A stretch of DNA of 63,648 nucleotides, filler included, from Reclinomonas americana ATCC 50394 (lineage: Eukaryota), in assembly GCA_048213135.1 (NCBI GenBank). It is 4 parts of 4 records of this genome, joined end to end, with 100 filler letters (N's around TTAATTAATTAA, not from the genome) between each part and the next. Parts side by side here need not be neighbours in the genome. Positions count along the whole stretch, not along the records: positions 19,901 to 51,854 come from PS015886.1; positions 51,955 to 62,282 come from PS015887.1; 2 more parts are not named here. One strand, written 5' to 3'. The notes beneath the pieces were generated by a model. It had not been told where the DNA came from, ran no database searches, and worked only from the letters and a program-made list of their open reading frames with translations. The stretch's first letter is position 1. Every line of letters begins with the position of its first letter. Of this stretch, positions 41,333 through 53,810 are shown piece after piece. A program made the translations under genes and the position numbers.

Positions 41333-44300
41333 CACAGCCAGGACCATAGTGAGCCGTCCGGCACCGTATTTGCTGGGCTTTCCTTCCACTTCACCGTCCG
41401 GTGCCGTATGAGTTGGGGGAANNNNNNNNNNNNNNNNNNNNNNNNNNNNNNNNNNNNNNNNNNNNNNNNNNNNNNNNNNNNNNNNNNNNNNNNNNNNNNN
41501 NNNNNNNNNNNNNNNNNNNNNNNNNNNNNNNNNNNNNNNNNNNNNNNNNNNNNNNNNNNNNNNNNNNNNNNNNNNNNNNNNNNNNNNNNNNNNNNNNNNN
41601 NNNNNNNNNNNNNNNNNNNNNNNNNNNNNNNNNNNNNNNNNNNNNNNNNNNNNNNNNNNNNNNNNNNNNNNNNNNNNNNNNNNNNNNNNNNNNNNNNNNN
41701 NNNNNNNNNNNNNNNNNNNNNNNNNNNNNNNNNNNNNNNNNNNNNNNNNNNNNNNNNNNNNNNNNNNNNNNNNNNNNNNNNNNNNNNNNNNNNNNNNNNN
41801 NNNNNNNNNNNNNNNNNNNNNNNNNNNNNNNNNNNNNNNNNNNNNNNNNNNNNNNNNNNNNNNNNNNNNNNNNNNNNNNNNNNNNNNNNNNNNNNNNNNN
41901 NNNNNNNNNNNNNNNNNNNNNNNNNNNNNNNNNNNNNNNNNNNNNNNNNNNNNNNNNNNNNNNNNNNNNNNNNNNNNNNNNNNNNNNNNNNNNNNNNNNN
42001 NNNNNNNNNNNNNNNNNNNNNNNNNNNNNNNNNNNNNNNNNNNNNNNNNNNNNNNNNNNNNNNNNNNNNNNNNNNNNNGACGGTTTACCGTTGGACCTTC
42101 GTCCATGCGGTGTCGGTACGGTGACGGGCAAAGCTCGAAGAGGGCCGGTGCTGGACAGTTCGGCTGTCGCCAGCGATTCCGATGCCGTCCGGTTACTCAC
42201 CGCCACCTGAGTCTCCGTACGGCACCGTGACCATTCTTCTGCGCCGCCGGACGGTGCCGTCCGGCTACTCACCACTCCCACGAGTCTCCGAACGGCACCG
42301 TCTCTGACATCCTGCATCACCGAACGGTGTCGCGAGAATGCATGGCAACCTCACGCATTGATCATGATCACGCATCACCACTCGAGCCCAGCCATGCACG
42401 TGAGCATTGCGAGACCACGACCATTGTCGCTTCGTGATCACTCGCCAGCGCAGTGGCCAGCGGCCAGCGTGCCATCTTCTGCATGTGCGCTGCAATGGTG
42501 TGGTGCTTTTGTTGATGCATCTCTCGCGCAACAGTCGAATCCACTGTCGATATGGACGAGCGGTTGGCATGCTCTTTGCCACAGTGTCGTGGATGGCTGC
42601 TGCAGCAGTGCAGCACTGCCACTGTTTCTTGCGAGTGAGCATTCTGCCATTCCACTGTGATCAACCAACACGACTTGTCTCTCGTATCGTATCGGTCGCT
42701 TGCTTCCGCGCAGAAGTCGCTCTCCGTGTGTCGAGTGCACAGAGTTGATCCGTGTGCTGTCCGTCTCGATCATGTTCACTACTCACGCTGCTTGAGCCTC
42801 TGCCGTCTTGGCGTGGTGAGTGAGCGTTTTTTGTTGTTTGAGCATTTTTCCGCTGTGCTTCCTTGCTCACCCTTGTTCATGCCTGCGTATCCTTGCGTCG
42901 AGACAGGCTTCTCCAGCACACACTCAGTGATGCATGTGAGAGTGGCCCACTGTTGATGCGCTTGTTCCGTGCCACGTTGTTCCCATCGTGTGAGTGATGA
43001 CTTGTTTGTTTGAGCATTTTTCCGAGCATGTCACTCACCGAAGAGGCCGTCGTCTGTAGCAGCACAGTGAACCACTCTGCACCTTGGCACTCTGCACCCT
43101 TGGTGCGTGCCTTGCTACCTGCGAGCTCGTGGTGACGCACATCATGCATGATCTCTTCGAGGTTTGGCTGTTGTGGTGTCCTCACACACACTTCTCATCT
43201 CATGTGAGCACTCGTAACCTCTTGCGCCATCTGTTCTCTCTCTCGTTGAGCAGCTTTGGCACCAGTGCTGCAATGCTCGTCATGCAGCGATCGGTGTGAC
43301 TGAGCCTGTTTCCAGGAGCCCTCATTGAACCTGGCCCGTCACCTTCTCCGCAGCGTCGTCTTCGTTGTTACGTTTTGACACCGTTGCAGTGCCACTCGTG
43401 TCGTCGGTATTCATGAGTAGTGCGTGCTCCCGGCGACTGCGATGTGCGCCGTGGTGTGCTAGTTTGTGGCAGACATGTCTCCTGGTGCTGTCTCCGTTCT
43501 CTACGAGGTGAGCAAAAAGCTGTGCAAGTGTGATGTGCTTCATGATCACGGTTGGTTGATACTGTATCGCAGCGGCTTCTTGCTCAACCGAGCAACAGCA
43601 CTGACGATGGTGCATTCGAACGAACCAAGTGGCACAGATAGTACATTCGGTTTGATGGTGAGTCTCACTCTCTTCAGCCCTCCTGCTGACTTGATGCACA
43701 GATGCATTGCGAGACACTGCGCTCTGTACGAACTGCACGTTCTCATACAATGTTCGCCATGCAGATACTCGCTCATCTTCGTGGAGGCTCAGTGGAGTTC
43801 GTTTACGGCAATGTGTTTCAAGACTTGACTGCATTGCTGCCGAATGACGGGTGCTTGCGTCTCCGCTTGACGGTGGATCGGATGTTTACGATCATGCCCA
43901 GACTTGCTTGTGGAACGCTTGTGACGCTGGATGGCTCTTTGCATGTGCAGCTTCCGAGCTGTTACAAGGAGGAGGTCGATCTCGTCTGGTGACGGTGATG
44001 CGGAGGTGCTGGATCCTTCTGGGGTGGAGCTGGATTGTGTTTGCTTTTCGTGTGCCACCGATTGCTGGGTGATGGATGCTTTTCGTGATTGGTGGTGCTT
44101 CCTGGGTCAACACTGTGTGGAGGACTTCACGAGTTTCCGACTCTGGCGTTTTTCTTTGTTTTTTCTCTCTAATAGAGCATTTTGTATGAGTATGAGTGAA
44201 TCCATGGAGTGTGGCACCTGTAGTAGATGGTGGGTGGTGGGGCGAGGGAGTGCATGTAAAGCGGGGCGGGGGCGTCGGGACGGTACCGTGGACGGTACCG

Positions 44301-44415
44301 TATTCATTGGTTGCATGTAAGGGTTCACTAAGGGAGGATTTTCACCGGACGGTGCCGGACGGCACCGTTGCCGAATTGATACGGTGCCGTACGACACGGG
44401 ACAGTCCTGGCTGTG
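41333..44415. mobile_element. Degenerate TIR DNA transposon (~3.1 kb, partly in N gap), TA target-site duplication
   Basis: TA|CACAGCCAGGAC at 41331 and GTCCTGGCTGTG|TA ending at 44417. Subterminal inverted pair CCGTCCGGCACCGT (41354-41367) / ACGGTGCCGGACGG (44349-44362). Many CGGCACCG/CGGTGCCG repeats. Interior has no intact ORF. Confidence 0.75.
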
Positions 44416-44687
44416 TACCGTCACTACCTGATCATGAGCTGTGCAACATTGACAAGGTGATGCTCACCACGGCGCCGGCCGTTTTCTGCAGGTGCAACAA
44501 GCTACAGGCACGGGCAGCTGTTGCACGCGTACGTGGGTTGTTCAACAATACTACGCCGGAGTCAACATTAACGTCCACGCAATAGTGTTGTCAGTTATGC
44601 AGCAAGTGGCCGATCGCACTTGTGACTGCCGATCCGGTGCGCATACAACAATCACTTTATGATGCACTGCATGCGCCCTCTCGCGAG

Positions 44688-46762
44688 TCAATTCTGCGAC
44701 GAGCAGCTCTCCAGCCACTCGATGTAGTTGGTCATGGAGTGGTCCTTAAAGCAGCTTGGTGACAGGCGCAAGTGCGTAAAATAGTCGGCCGAGACTGTCC
44801 ACACGCGAAACTGACGGTTCCGGCTGCAGGTCACATCAGAAAGAGTTATGAGTGATTAACCATGGTTAACCATGACATCGGCCCGAATATAATGGCACAT
44901 ACATGTCGTCGCCAGCTCGATACGTGATGTGCCAGACGCGCGCCGAAGCCCCTTCAGACCCATCGCTGGGCACAATGAGGTGATCGGCGGTATGAGCAAC
45001 CCGCACTGTAAAGAATGGACAAAGTAATTAGCGATAGACTAAGTTTCATACATCGTCCGACTGATCATGAAGTGACCGCACCGCCAGCTGTGGACAACAT
45101 GCCATCAGCAATAGCCTGGCCAAGCCGATGCACAGACAGAACCGACATGCGCGGCACTACATCGTCGCCAACCACGAATGCATGCACTCTCGGCAAAACA
45201 ATGTTACGCGAGAACACTGCCGCTGGGGCAAAGAGGAAGCTCCTCACACGCAACGCGGGGTACTCTATGCGAACGGACCACAGTAAGCCGCGAGCACGCA
45301 GTCTGAAGAACTCCTTGCATGCACACAAGACTGCATAAACCTCTCTTCAGCAACAGATGCACCAGCGCAGCTGCCCCGCCACCCAACGAGTGACCGCACA
45401 CGAGAACCTCCTCGTCGTGCTCCAATGCGTGCTGTTTCAATGCAAAATTTGCATTATGATTCTCAAGAAGCAAGAGGCATTAGCGACGTTACCAGCAGAC
45501 AGTCGAGTGCGCGGACGGCCGCAAACACTGGCTTTGCGTATGCGAGAATACCAGAGTGCGCGAAACTGTTTCCGGTACCCAACTGCACAACCATTACGAC
45601 CATGGTGAGATCACGGCAGAAGATGTGCACGTGCAAGTACATCGTGTGCATGTGGCACATACCGGCACTGGAATGCCAAGCGCATCAGAGATAACGTCGC
45701 TGAGCGAGTTGGTACCCCTAACAGCAATGACCAGCCCTTGCCACCCACTGACTTTCTCTGTGCCGACTTCCCGTCATGAGTACTCGTTGACGACATCAAA
45801 CAACACTCCATGTGCTTGTCAACCCAACCGTGAATGCGCGCGGCGAGAAAGCAGGAGTGATTATGAAAGCGCTTGTCAGCTAGCTGGGCTACAGCAAAAC
45901 CACCTCCGTCCAGCTCAATGTTTACTGCCATCTTAGCGTTCTACGCACCGAGTACTGCAGCTGAGAACAATCCATATACAATGCATGGAGAAATAACAAT
46001 CGGGTGACTCACCGAGGAGTGCTGCGCAATGCTGGCGAGCGCTGCGGACTCTGACGCCGAGTACACTGCATCTGCCATCACGGCACCGATGCGGGTGAAC
46101 GCCAGATGCTGATCATGAAGCACGCATGTCAAACCATGCGGACAGCATGCGCACGCAGACCTCAAGAAACTCACTGGCACTTGCTCCACCGGGAGCGCCT
46201 GTCGCGCGAATTCGCGCATGTCGGCCAAGTCACGAGGAAGATGCGCACCCGGATCCACGCTGTTGAGATGAGCCTGCACGATGCCGTACGCATGGATGAG
46301 GGTCTGCGCAAGTGGCAGCTGCTGCAACGGCGAGTTCGCCAGCACGCGAGGAGCAAAGGCTAGCAGCGCGCGAACTAGTTCGCGTGGGCCAGAGTTCTCG
46401 TCAATCGGCGGCATCGCAGGTGCAGCATCATGGTCGACGACTGGGGGAGCTGCCGAAGAATGCGTGCCATATATATGCATCATGAGGTAGTCGCGACGAA
46501 GTCTATGATGGCGCGATCCGCAGCGCACCTGGTTTCGCCGAAGCCGCTCTGTCTCTACACAAGGTTGAAGAATGCGCACAGTGTCAGCGGACCCAAGGCC
46601 TGCGGTACAAAGAGCACAGCGCTTGCAATGATGACAACAAAACGGAGATTTCGTCTGCGTGTCGAGCGCATGTTGACTCCGAGAACGGCGACGACGAAGG
46701 AGCAGAAGTAGCAGCAAACACAGGCTCAGAAGTGCGAGCAGCAACGACACCACAGCATTCAT
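44688..46762 (-). CDS. Class 3 lipase (DAG-lipase-like) with N-terminal membrane anchor
   Basis: LVIAVRGTNSLSDVISD, AHSGIL, VLVCGHSLGGGAAAL (GxSxG), FVVGDDVVPRMS, C-terminal FKDHSMTNY. Confidence 0.85.
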
Positions 46763-46831
46763 GTGTGCGTGTGTATTGTGACAGACCTCGTCCGTCGTCG
46801 ACTCGCGATTAAATGTTTGTCATCGTGAGAC

Positions 46832-47033
46832 ATGGAGAGCCGAGCCAAAGCGTCGCATGTCGCGACATTGACGTCCAATGCTGCCGTTACTGCGGCGACG
46901 ATTGCTGCCCCCCATGTTGGCGCTGCTGCGAAGTTTGCGGTTCGTTATGTCTTTTCTTCTTCTTCGAATTCATTCTTCTTCTTCCGCACGTGTCACTTAT
47001 GCGCGCATGTGCACGCGGACGTTCTGTGTAAGT

Positions 47034-47087
<54 letters not shown>

Positions 47088-47541
47088 AGTGTGTGTGCGT
47101 GCGTGTGTGAAGTGTCTAGGGGGGGTGTCGTTTTATTATTCCCGATGGTTGACTTGACACGACTGTGCACAGTTTGATGCGCTGCAGGATCCGCGAGTGC
47201 AAGCGTTGGCCTCCGAGTTGATTTCGCACAAAGGACCTGTGAGCGTCCAGAAGGCAGTCAGGCCGACGGATCTGCGTGGGGCCAAGGTGGCAACGGCTCC
47301 GCCTGCCTCTGCGATTCCGTCGAGTACGGATGACAGCGTGGCAGCCGGAAGCAAGACCACAGACGACGAGCACGACGACAGCGATGCCACGAGAAACGCG
47401 GCGTCGCGGAAGTCAATGGTTACGTCAACCAAGCGCGCAGCGAGTCGTGGCCTGATGGATCACATGGAGTTGCTGGTGGTCGCCGCCATTGTGTTGGTGG
47501 TGGCGTTGCTGATTGCGAACTTCTTCTTCAAGTTCTTGTGA
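46832..47541 (+). CDS. Hypothetical tail-anchored membrane protein
   Basis: Two-exon model. Low-complexity polar body and a single C-terminal hydrophobic helix LLVVAAIVLVVALLIANFFFKFL*. Confidence 0.5.
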
Positions 47542-48198
47542 GTGACATTGAAGGTGGCTAACAAGTGCCGCAGACGCATGCGCACGACATCGCGAGTAAT
47601 GAATGGTACTTGTTTGCACGTTTTACAGCCGCTGCGGAACGAGGTCTTCGAATTCTCACTTGAAAGAACAACAGCCGTCGTCGGGCACACAACGTACTTT
47701 TTCCCGATCGCTACGCTGCGTCTTTCACCACCTAGAAACAAAATGGCGAGATCAGATTCAATCTCCTCGTCGGGCGCCGGCCGCCACAGCTTGATGGTGT
47801 TGTCTCTGTCACTGCTGTCATCGTCGTCGCTCGCCGACATTCCGGTAAAGATGGAGAGAGGGCGTCATCTCTCATCGAAGATGTTGAACTTGGTGCCCTG
47901 CTCATCAGATCAACACAGCTGTTGCAATTGCATGTTTGTTTGAAAAATGAATTGTTGTTATTGCTGACCATGATTTGCTTAAGCATGCTTCGCCTATCCG
48001 CCGCCAGGCGAGGCTAAACACCTCCATCGCAGCGGTGTCTGTGGTGGTGGAGACACCACCTGCGCATGCGCAGGACTAGTGTACTGAGCTCGTACTCTAG
48101 ATCTCTGGGAGCTGAGCCGTACTATCATGATCAGGAACAGTGGCAAACACTAGTACGCTTTGCAGGGCTTCCGCACCTAGGCCTGCTTGCGCAGACAC

Positions 48199-49033
48199 AC
48201 ACACACGTGTTTTGTCAGAGGCAGAAAGAGCAGCAAGAGGACAAAAAACTTTGAAGAAAAACACACCCCGCCGTAATCAGGTACGACACGGAGACGCGGT
48301 TCGGGTACTCGTAGCGATAGATGAGCATGATAATGATCAAGTCTTGGGCGAGTGGAGGGGGGAACACAGTGAGCATGAAACTCGGAAGAATGCATGCACA
48401 CAGAGTGCACGTTACCAAAGAGCAGCACAAAGAAGGAATCGCCAAACGTGTTGAGCGGGTAGCCGCGGCGCAAGCTGAACGCGAACACCGTCAACGCTCT
48501 ACACGCAAGACCCCAAGTCACACACAACTGCAAAGAGGCAACAACAAGACAACAAAGTGCGCAACGGGTACGCCTCCAACACCGTCGACAGAAGCGACAC
48601 TCCACGAGCACTGCGCTTGCTGACGATCTTTTGCACTTGCGGAACCTAACAATAGCACACTGTATGAGAGACACACTTGCACACAATGAGAGAGACACGT
48701 GGTCGCCACCTTGAAGAACATGGAGCCCGCCACGACCGCATATCCGATAATCTTGCTGAGCAGCAGCGACAGACACTCGCCATGTGAGACGCACGCACAC
48801 ACACAAACAACAGAGACAAGAGTCAAGGAGGCCACAGTGTGAGAGACAGAGACACACACGCGCGCACATGCATGGCATGCAAAGGATATCAGTAAAGTGC
48901 CCGTCGACAAAGAGTCGCGTGTGGCACTTCTCGCCCAAAACGCTGACCAACAAGCTCGCTGTGTGCGCAGGTATGTAAGCCTCTCTCTCACACACACACA
49001 CGAACTGAAGATGCACACTCTGCGCTCACCCAT
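48199..49033 (-). pseudogene. MPDU1: 3'-truncated MPDU1 duplicate
   Basis: Same first five exons as 30426-31869. Breaks off in the intron after YLITAG; the second PQ-loop half is missing. Confidence 0.85.
48784..48889 (-). other. Duplicate of the U12-type AT-AC intron
   Basis: ATATCCTTTG ... TCCTTGAC (48829-48822) ... CAC are all retained. Confidence 0.85.
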
Positions 49034-49091
49034 TGAAAACAAAGTAAGGAGAAATTTCCCTCCTCGTCGCTCTTGTGTTGTCTTTCCTCTC

Positions 49092-49608
49092 ATGAGCGTT
49101 GTGCTGCAGTGTGGCAACGGTGTGTCTGTGCGAACAAGTGCCTGCATTGCGCGACAAATGGGACTGTGCGCGGGCATGCTGCAAGGAGGAGGAGGAGGAA
49201 GAGGTTGTGTTGCCGGTGCCTGCAGTGAGCAACGATCGCGTGTTGCGCGTGGTGCTGGCGTGCTTGAGTGTGAGCACTGGCGAGTGTGAGGACGAGTGTG
49301 TGATGAGGGCGTGTCGTGCGGAGGGAGGGGTGTCGCTGGTGGCGGTGCTGATGGCGGTGAACTACTTGGATGTTCCGAGCGTGTTGGCAACTGCGGCGAG
49401 GTGTGTGGCGCGGGAGACAAGAGGGTTGACAGTGCGTGAGGTGCGGCGATGGGCGGGCGTGGAGGAGGAGAGGGAGGAGGAGGAAGGACAGGAGGAGCCG
49501 CAGGCGGTGCGGGTGGTCGAGGCGTTGAGGAGACGGAGGCGGCGATTGGCGCGAGTGGTGGCCGAGAGTCGAGGCGAGGCGCATGATGATGATGATGAGC
49601 ACGAGTAA
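49092..49608 (+). pseudogene. Frameshifted Skp1-like duplicate
   Basis: 11-nt deletion (GGAGCATCGCA) near 49183 relative to the 31938 copy shifts the frame after MLQ. Confidence 0.8.
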
Positions 49609-49687
49609 AAGACACAATTCGTTGTTTGTTGTTTACAAGAGGATGAGGGGGGGCCAGCAGCGTGCCAGCAGCAATCGCTCTCCCGTC

Positions 49688-50264
49688 TCACAGACCCAGA
49701 CCGTAGACGGTGACAAACACCGACAGTGTCTCTGTTTCGTACTCCACCGTCACTTGGCCTGAAGGAGGGAGGGAGAGCGGTGAGCATCGAAACAGGGAAA
49801 AGGGGAGAAGAATGCGCGCGCGCGCGCACCGTCTTGTCGTGGATCCCATGATGCCACATCGGCCACATGCAAACCGGCGCCAACTCGTTGCGACAAGTGG
49901 CATGTCACTGGGAGGGAGGGATAAGGGCGAGCGATGAAGAGGAAGAAGGTAGGGAAGGAGGGAACGCGGAAGAGGAGCAGGGACCGAGAGAAAAAAAAAG
50001 AGACAGCGCTGGAAAATGCATGAAAGAAAGATAAGAAGCGACAGCGTGCAAGTAGAGATGCTCCTTGTCTCGCAGCGAGGAGTGCAGTAGATGTGTGTGA
50101 GAGAGGAAGCAGGAAAAGCGATAGCGTGAACAAGCAGAACTCTGTGGAGGAAAGAGAAATGCTTCTTGCCTCGCAGTACGTTTGTGTGTGAGAAACAGGG
50201 AAAGCGATAACGAGAACTGTGGAACAAAGAGAGATGCTCTTTGCCTCACAACGAGAGTGCAGCA

Positions 50265-50297
<33 letters not shown>

Positions 50298-51042
50298 GAA
50301 GGGAATGCAAGAGCGTGAACAAGCAGAACTCTGTGGAGGAAAGAGAAATGCTTCTTGCCTCGCAGTGCGTTTGTGTGTGAGAAAACAGGGAAAGCGATAA
50401 CGAGAACAAGTAGAACTGTGGACCAAATAGAGATGCTCTTTGCCTCACAGCGAGTGTGCAGCGTGCGTGTGCGAGAGAGAGAGAAAGCAGGGAAAGTGAT
50501 AATGAAAACAAGCAGAACTGTGTGGAACAACGAGAGACGCTCCTTGTCTCGCAGTGCGTTTGTGCGAGAGAGTGGCAAGGAGGAAGAGAAGACAACGAAA
50601 GACGAACGACAAGGAGAACAGAGTCAGCAAGCAAGCACTGAACAAGCAATCGATCTGTGACCGCCCGCTCTTCCTCTCCAGTTCCCTTTTCTGCTCTCAC
50701 CGAGGTACTTGAGGTTCTGCTTCAACCCGGCCAATCTCTTGAGCGTCTGCTCGAGGATTGCCGCGCTCCAGTCGTTGACCTTGCTCGGATGATAGCGCGC
50801 CTATGAGAGAGAGAGAGAGTAAACTGTCAACCAAAGAGAGAAACGCACACGGAGCACAACGAGTTGAGCGAAACTTCCTTCAGCACTTCCTCCAACACTG
50901 CCTCAATCTCCTCCTTCACATCCTCGCCGTTGAACACCACCAACTGTGTGTCATTTTAAGAAAATGTGAGCGCTCTTTGTTGCTCTCTCTCTCTCCTCTC
51001 TCTCTTTCCAAACAACGCAACGTCTTCCTCCTCTGCTTCCAT
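49688..51042 (-). CDS. DYNLT1: Dynein light chain Tctex-type 1 family, intact copy
   Basis: MEAEEED|LVVFNGEDVKEEIEAVLEEVLKE|ARYHPSKVNDWSAAILEQTLKRLAGLKQNLKYL|VTCHLSQRVGAGLHVADVASWDPRQDG|QVTVEYETETLSVFVTVYGLGL*. Matches the Tctex-1 pattern (KYxVTC...GAGLH...WD..DG). Confidence 0.88.
50040..50580. repeat. Degenerate tandem minisatellite (~90-110 bp unit) in the long Tctex-1 intron
   Basis: About 5-6 copies of an AGAACTSTGTGGAR...AGAGAWATGCTYYTTGCCTCRCAG...GGGAAAGYGATAA-like unit; the left duplicate has about one. Confidence 0.8.
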
Positions 51043-51813
51043 TCGTTACAAACTCGCTCTCACTCACACTGCAACGCAGAGGAGGGAAGTGTCAGCATTT
51101 TTTGGCGCGCAACTCAAATCAACACGCACACACAGCGCACAACTCACAAGCCAGAAGGCGATTCTCTCTGTCTCCCTCGCACACACACTCACCTGCACTG
51201 GCTGTTGCAATAGACTCTTTCTCACACACAATGAGCGCGCGAAGGATGGGGGACAATCAAAACGGCACTGCATATGAGTCACCGGTCGGAATTGTCTCAC
51301 CTTGTTTGAAGACCTGAGGAGACCTGCAGCCGGTGACCACCAGCAAGCGTATTCTGCAACTTTCGCAACTGCAAGCGACTTCGAGTTGCAGGAATTCCTG
51401 GAAATACGAATTCGCATTCATGATCAGCTGCGCGCATGCGTTTTTGTCAAGGCCAATTGCAACGAATGCCAGCAGGCAAGAAGTATCTGTGCCAGCGTAT
51501 ACACTGTGCATGCAGCTCGGGCGTCCGTTTACGTAGGCTTCCGAGCTGCAGATCCTGCATCTGCTCGATATCGATATCACGAATTCGAATTCCTGTCGCA
51601 GCCCTGCCATTCTCCTGTTCCGCCCTCTATGTATAGACGCATACATGCAGCACGTGCGTAACCGGCGCAGAACGGGTCGACTCGGGCCTTGCGCGACGAC
51701 GAAAATTCCCTCTCTTCCTCACTCATTTTTTTTGTTGTTATGTCTGCCAGCGATCTCAGCCCACTAGTCTCTCTCGCGGAGATTCGCGCCAAGCGTTGCG
51801 TGTGCTTCCCTTG

Positions 51814-51854
<41 letters not shown>

Positions 51855-51954
51855 NNNNNNNNNNNNNNNNNNNNNNNNNNNNNNNNNNNNNNNNNNNNTT
51901 AATTAATTAANNNNNNNNNNNNNNNNNNNNNNNNNNNNNNNNNNNNNNNNNNNN
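51855..51954. other. Artificial assembly linker
   Basis: 44 N + TTAATTAATTAA + 44 N. Confidence 0.95.
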
Positions 51955-53772
51955 GATTATGGCCAATGCTAATCGAGGAGAGACAAGGGAAATCGCACTG
52001 ATGAAGAGAGGAGAGGAGATAAAGATATAGAGAGCGAGGGAGAGGAAGAGAGACTGAGTGCGGGAGAGAGTAATGGTCCAGGAAGTACGTTAATAAAATG
52101 ACAAGGAAGAAAGAACACAACTGAGAGGACAGAGGAAAGGCACAGAAAACCGCGTTGACTTTGACGAAGAAAACAAAAAAAATCACACGGGAAGCGACAG
52201 AAATGACCCACAAAGCAAGGAGAAATCAGGGACATGGGCGAATCGTGCGACAAGAGGCAGAGAGAGAACGCAGAGCACGAAGGGGGAGGAGACCGCCGAG
52301 TATTCTGACAACTCTTTCTCTCTATTGACGCACATTCAACGACAGCAACTCCGTTCGATCCTCTGCCGTCAGGTGTGCGGGCGGCAAGCTGTGCATTCAC
52401 ACCCGTGCGTGTGAGAAAGTGCACGTTGAAACGAGTGGTGGGAAGACGGCTCAACTGTGGGTTGAAAGACTCGAGTGGCAAGTCCAACAACTGCAGGTGC
52501 TGCGCAAAGGCCTTTTGTGCCGCGTACTCGAGTGGCGGAACAATGACAAAGATGCCGTCGGAGACGGTGGCCGGCAAGTTGGCGAAGCTGTTGGAGTGGT
52601 GAGGGGAGGGGAAGGAGGGGAACGAGGAAGAAGGGGGAGGAGGAGGAGGAGGAGGAGAAGGGAAAGGAGGAGGGGGAGGAGGAGAGGAGGAGGAGGAGGA
52701 TGAGGAGGAGGAGGAGGAGGAGAAAGGGGAGGAGGAGCAGGGGGTAGGAGAAGAAGAAGAAGAAGAGAGAGAAGAAGAGGAGAGAGAGAGAGAGAGNNNN
52801 NNNNNNNNNNNNNNNNNNNNNNNNNNNNNNNNNNNNNNNNNNNNNNNNNNNNNNNNNNNNNNNNNNNNNNNNNNNNNNNNNNNNNNNNNNNNNNNNNNNN
52901 NNNNNNNNNNNNNNNNNNNNNNNNNNNNNNNNNNNNNNNNNNNNNNNNNNNNNNNNNNNNNNNNNNNNNNNNNNNNNNNNNNNNNNNNNNNNNNNNNNNN
53001 NNNNNNNNNNNNNNNNNNNNNNNNNNNNNNNNNNNNNNNNNNNNNNNNNNNNNNNNNNNNNNNNNNNNNNNNNNNNNNNNNNNNNNNNNNNNNNNNNNNN
53101 NNNNNNNNNNNNNNNNNNNNNNNNNNNNNNNNNNNNNNNNNNNNNNNNNNNNNNNNNNNNNNNNNNNNNNNNNNNNNNNNNNNNNNNNNNNNNNNNNNNN
53201 NNNNNNNNNNNNNNNNNNNNNNNNNNNNNNNNNNNNNNNNNNNNNNNNNNNNNNNNNNNNNNNNNNNNNNNNNNNNNNNNNNNNNNNNNNNNNNNNNNNN
53301 NNNNNNNNNNNNNNNNNNNNNNNNNNNNNNNNNNNNNNNNNNNNNNNNNNNNNNNNNNNNNNNNNNNNNNNNNNNNNNNNNNNNNNNNNNNNNNNNNNNN
53401 NNNNNNNNNNNNNNNNNNNNNNNNNNNNNNNNNNNNNNNNNNNNNNNNNNNNNNNNNNNNNNNNNNNNNNNNNNNNNNNNNNNNNNNNNNNNNNNNNNNN
53501 NNNNNNNNNNNNNNNNNNNNNNNNNNNNNNNNNNNNNNNNNNNNNNNNNNNNNNNNNNNNNNNNNNNNNNNNNNNNNNNNNNNNNNNNNNNNNNNNNNNN
53601 NNNNNNNNNNNNNNNNNNNNNNNNNNNNNNNNNNNNNNNNNNNNNNNNNNNNNNNNNNNNNNNNNNNNNNNNTTCGATCATGTCCGCTTGTGTGTGTGTG
53701 CGTGTGTGCGTGTGTGACTGTGTGTGTGTATGTGTGTGCGTGTGTATGTATGTATGTATGTGTGTGTGTGTG

Positions 53773-53810
<38 letters not shown>

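Larger units (their letters stand above)
48199..50611. repeat. Right copy of ~2 kb direct segmental duplication (longer through intronic repeat expansion)
   Basis: Colinear with 31025-33010. Confidence 0.95.

Noticed and set aside
50040..50580. Repeat-spacer-like appearance (CRISPR-like)
   Set aside because: Units are degenerate along their whole length, lie in a eukaryotic intron, and have no unique spacers or cas genes.
51230..52600. Short ORFs flanking the 51.9 kb linker
   Set aside because: No recognisable motif or consistent gene model; fragmented by gaps.
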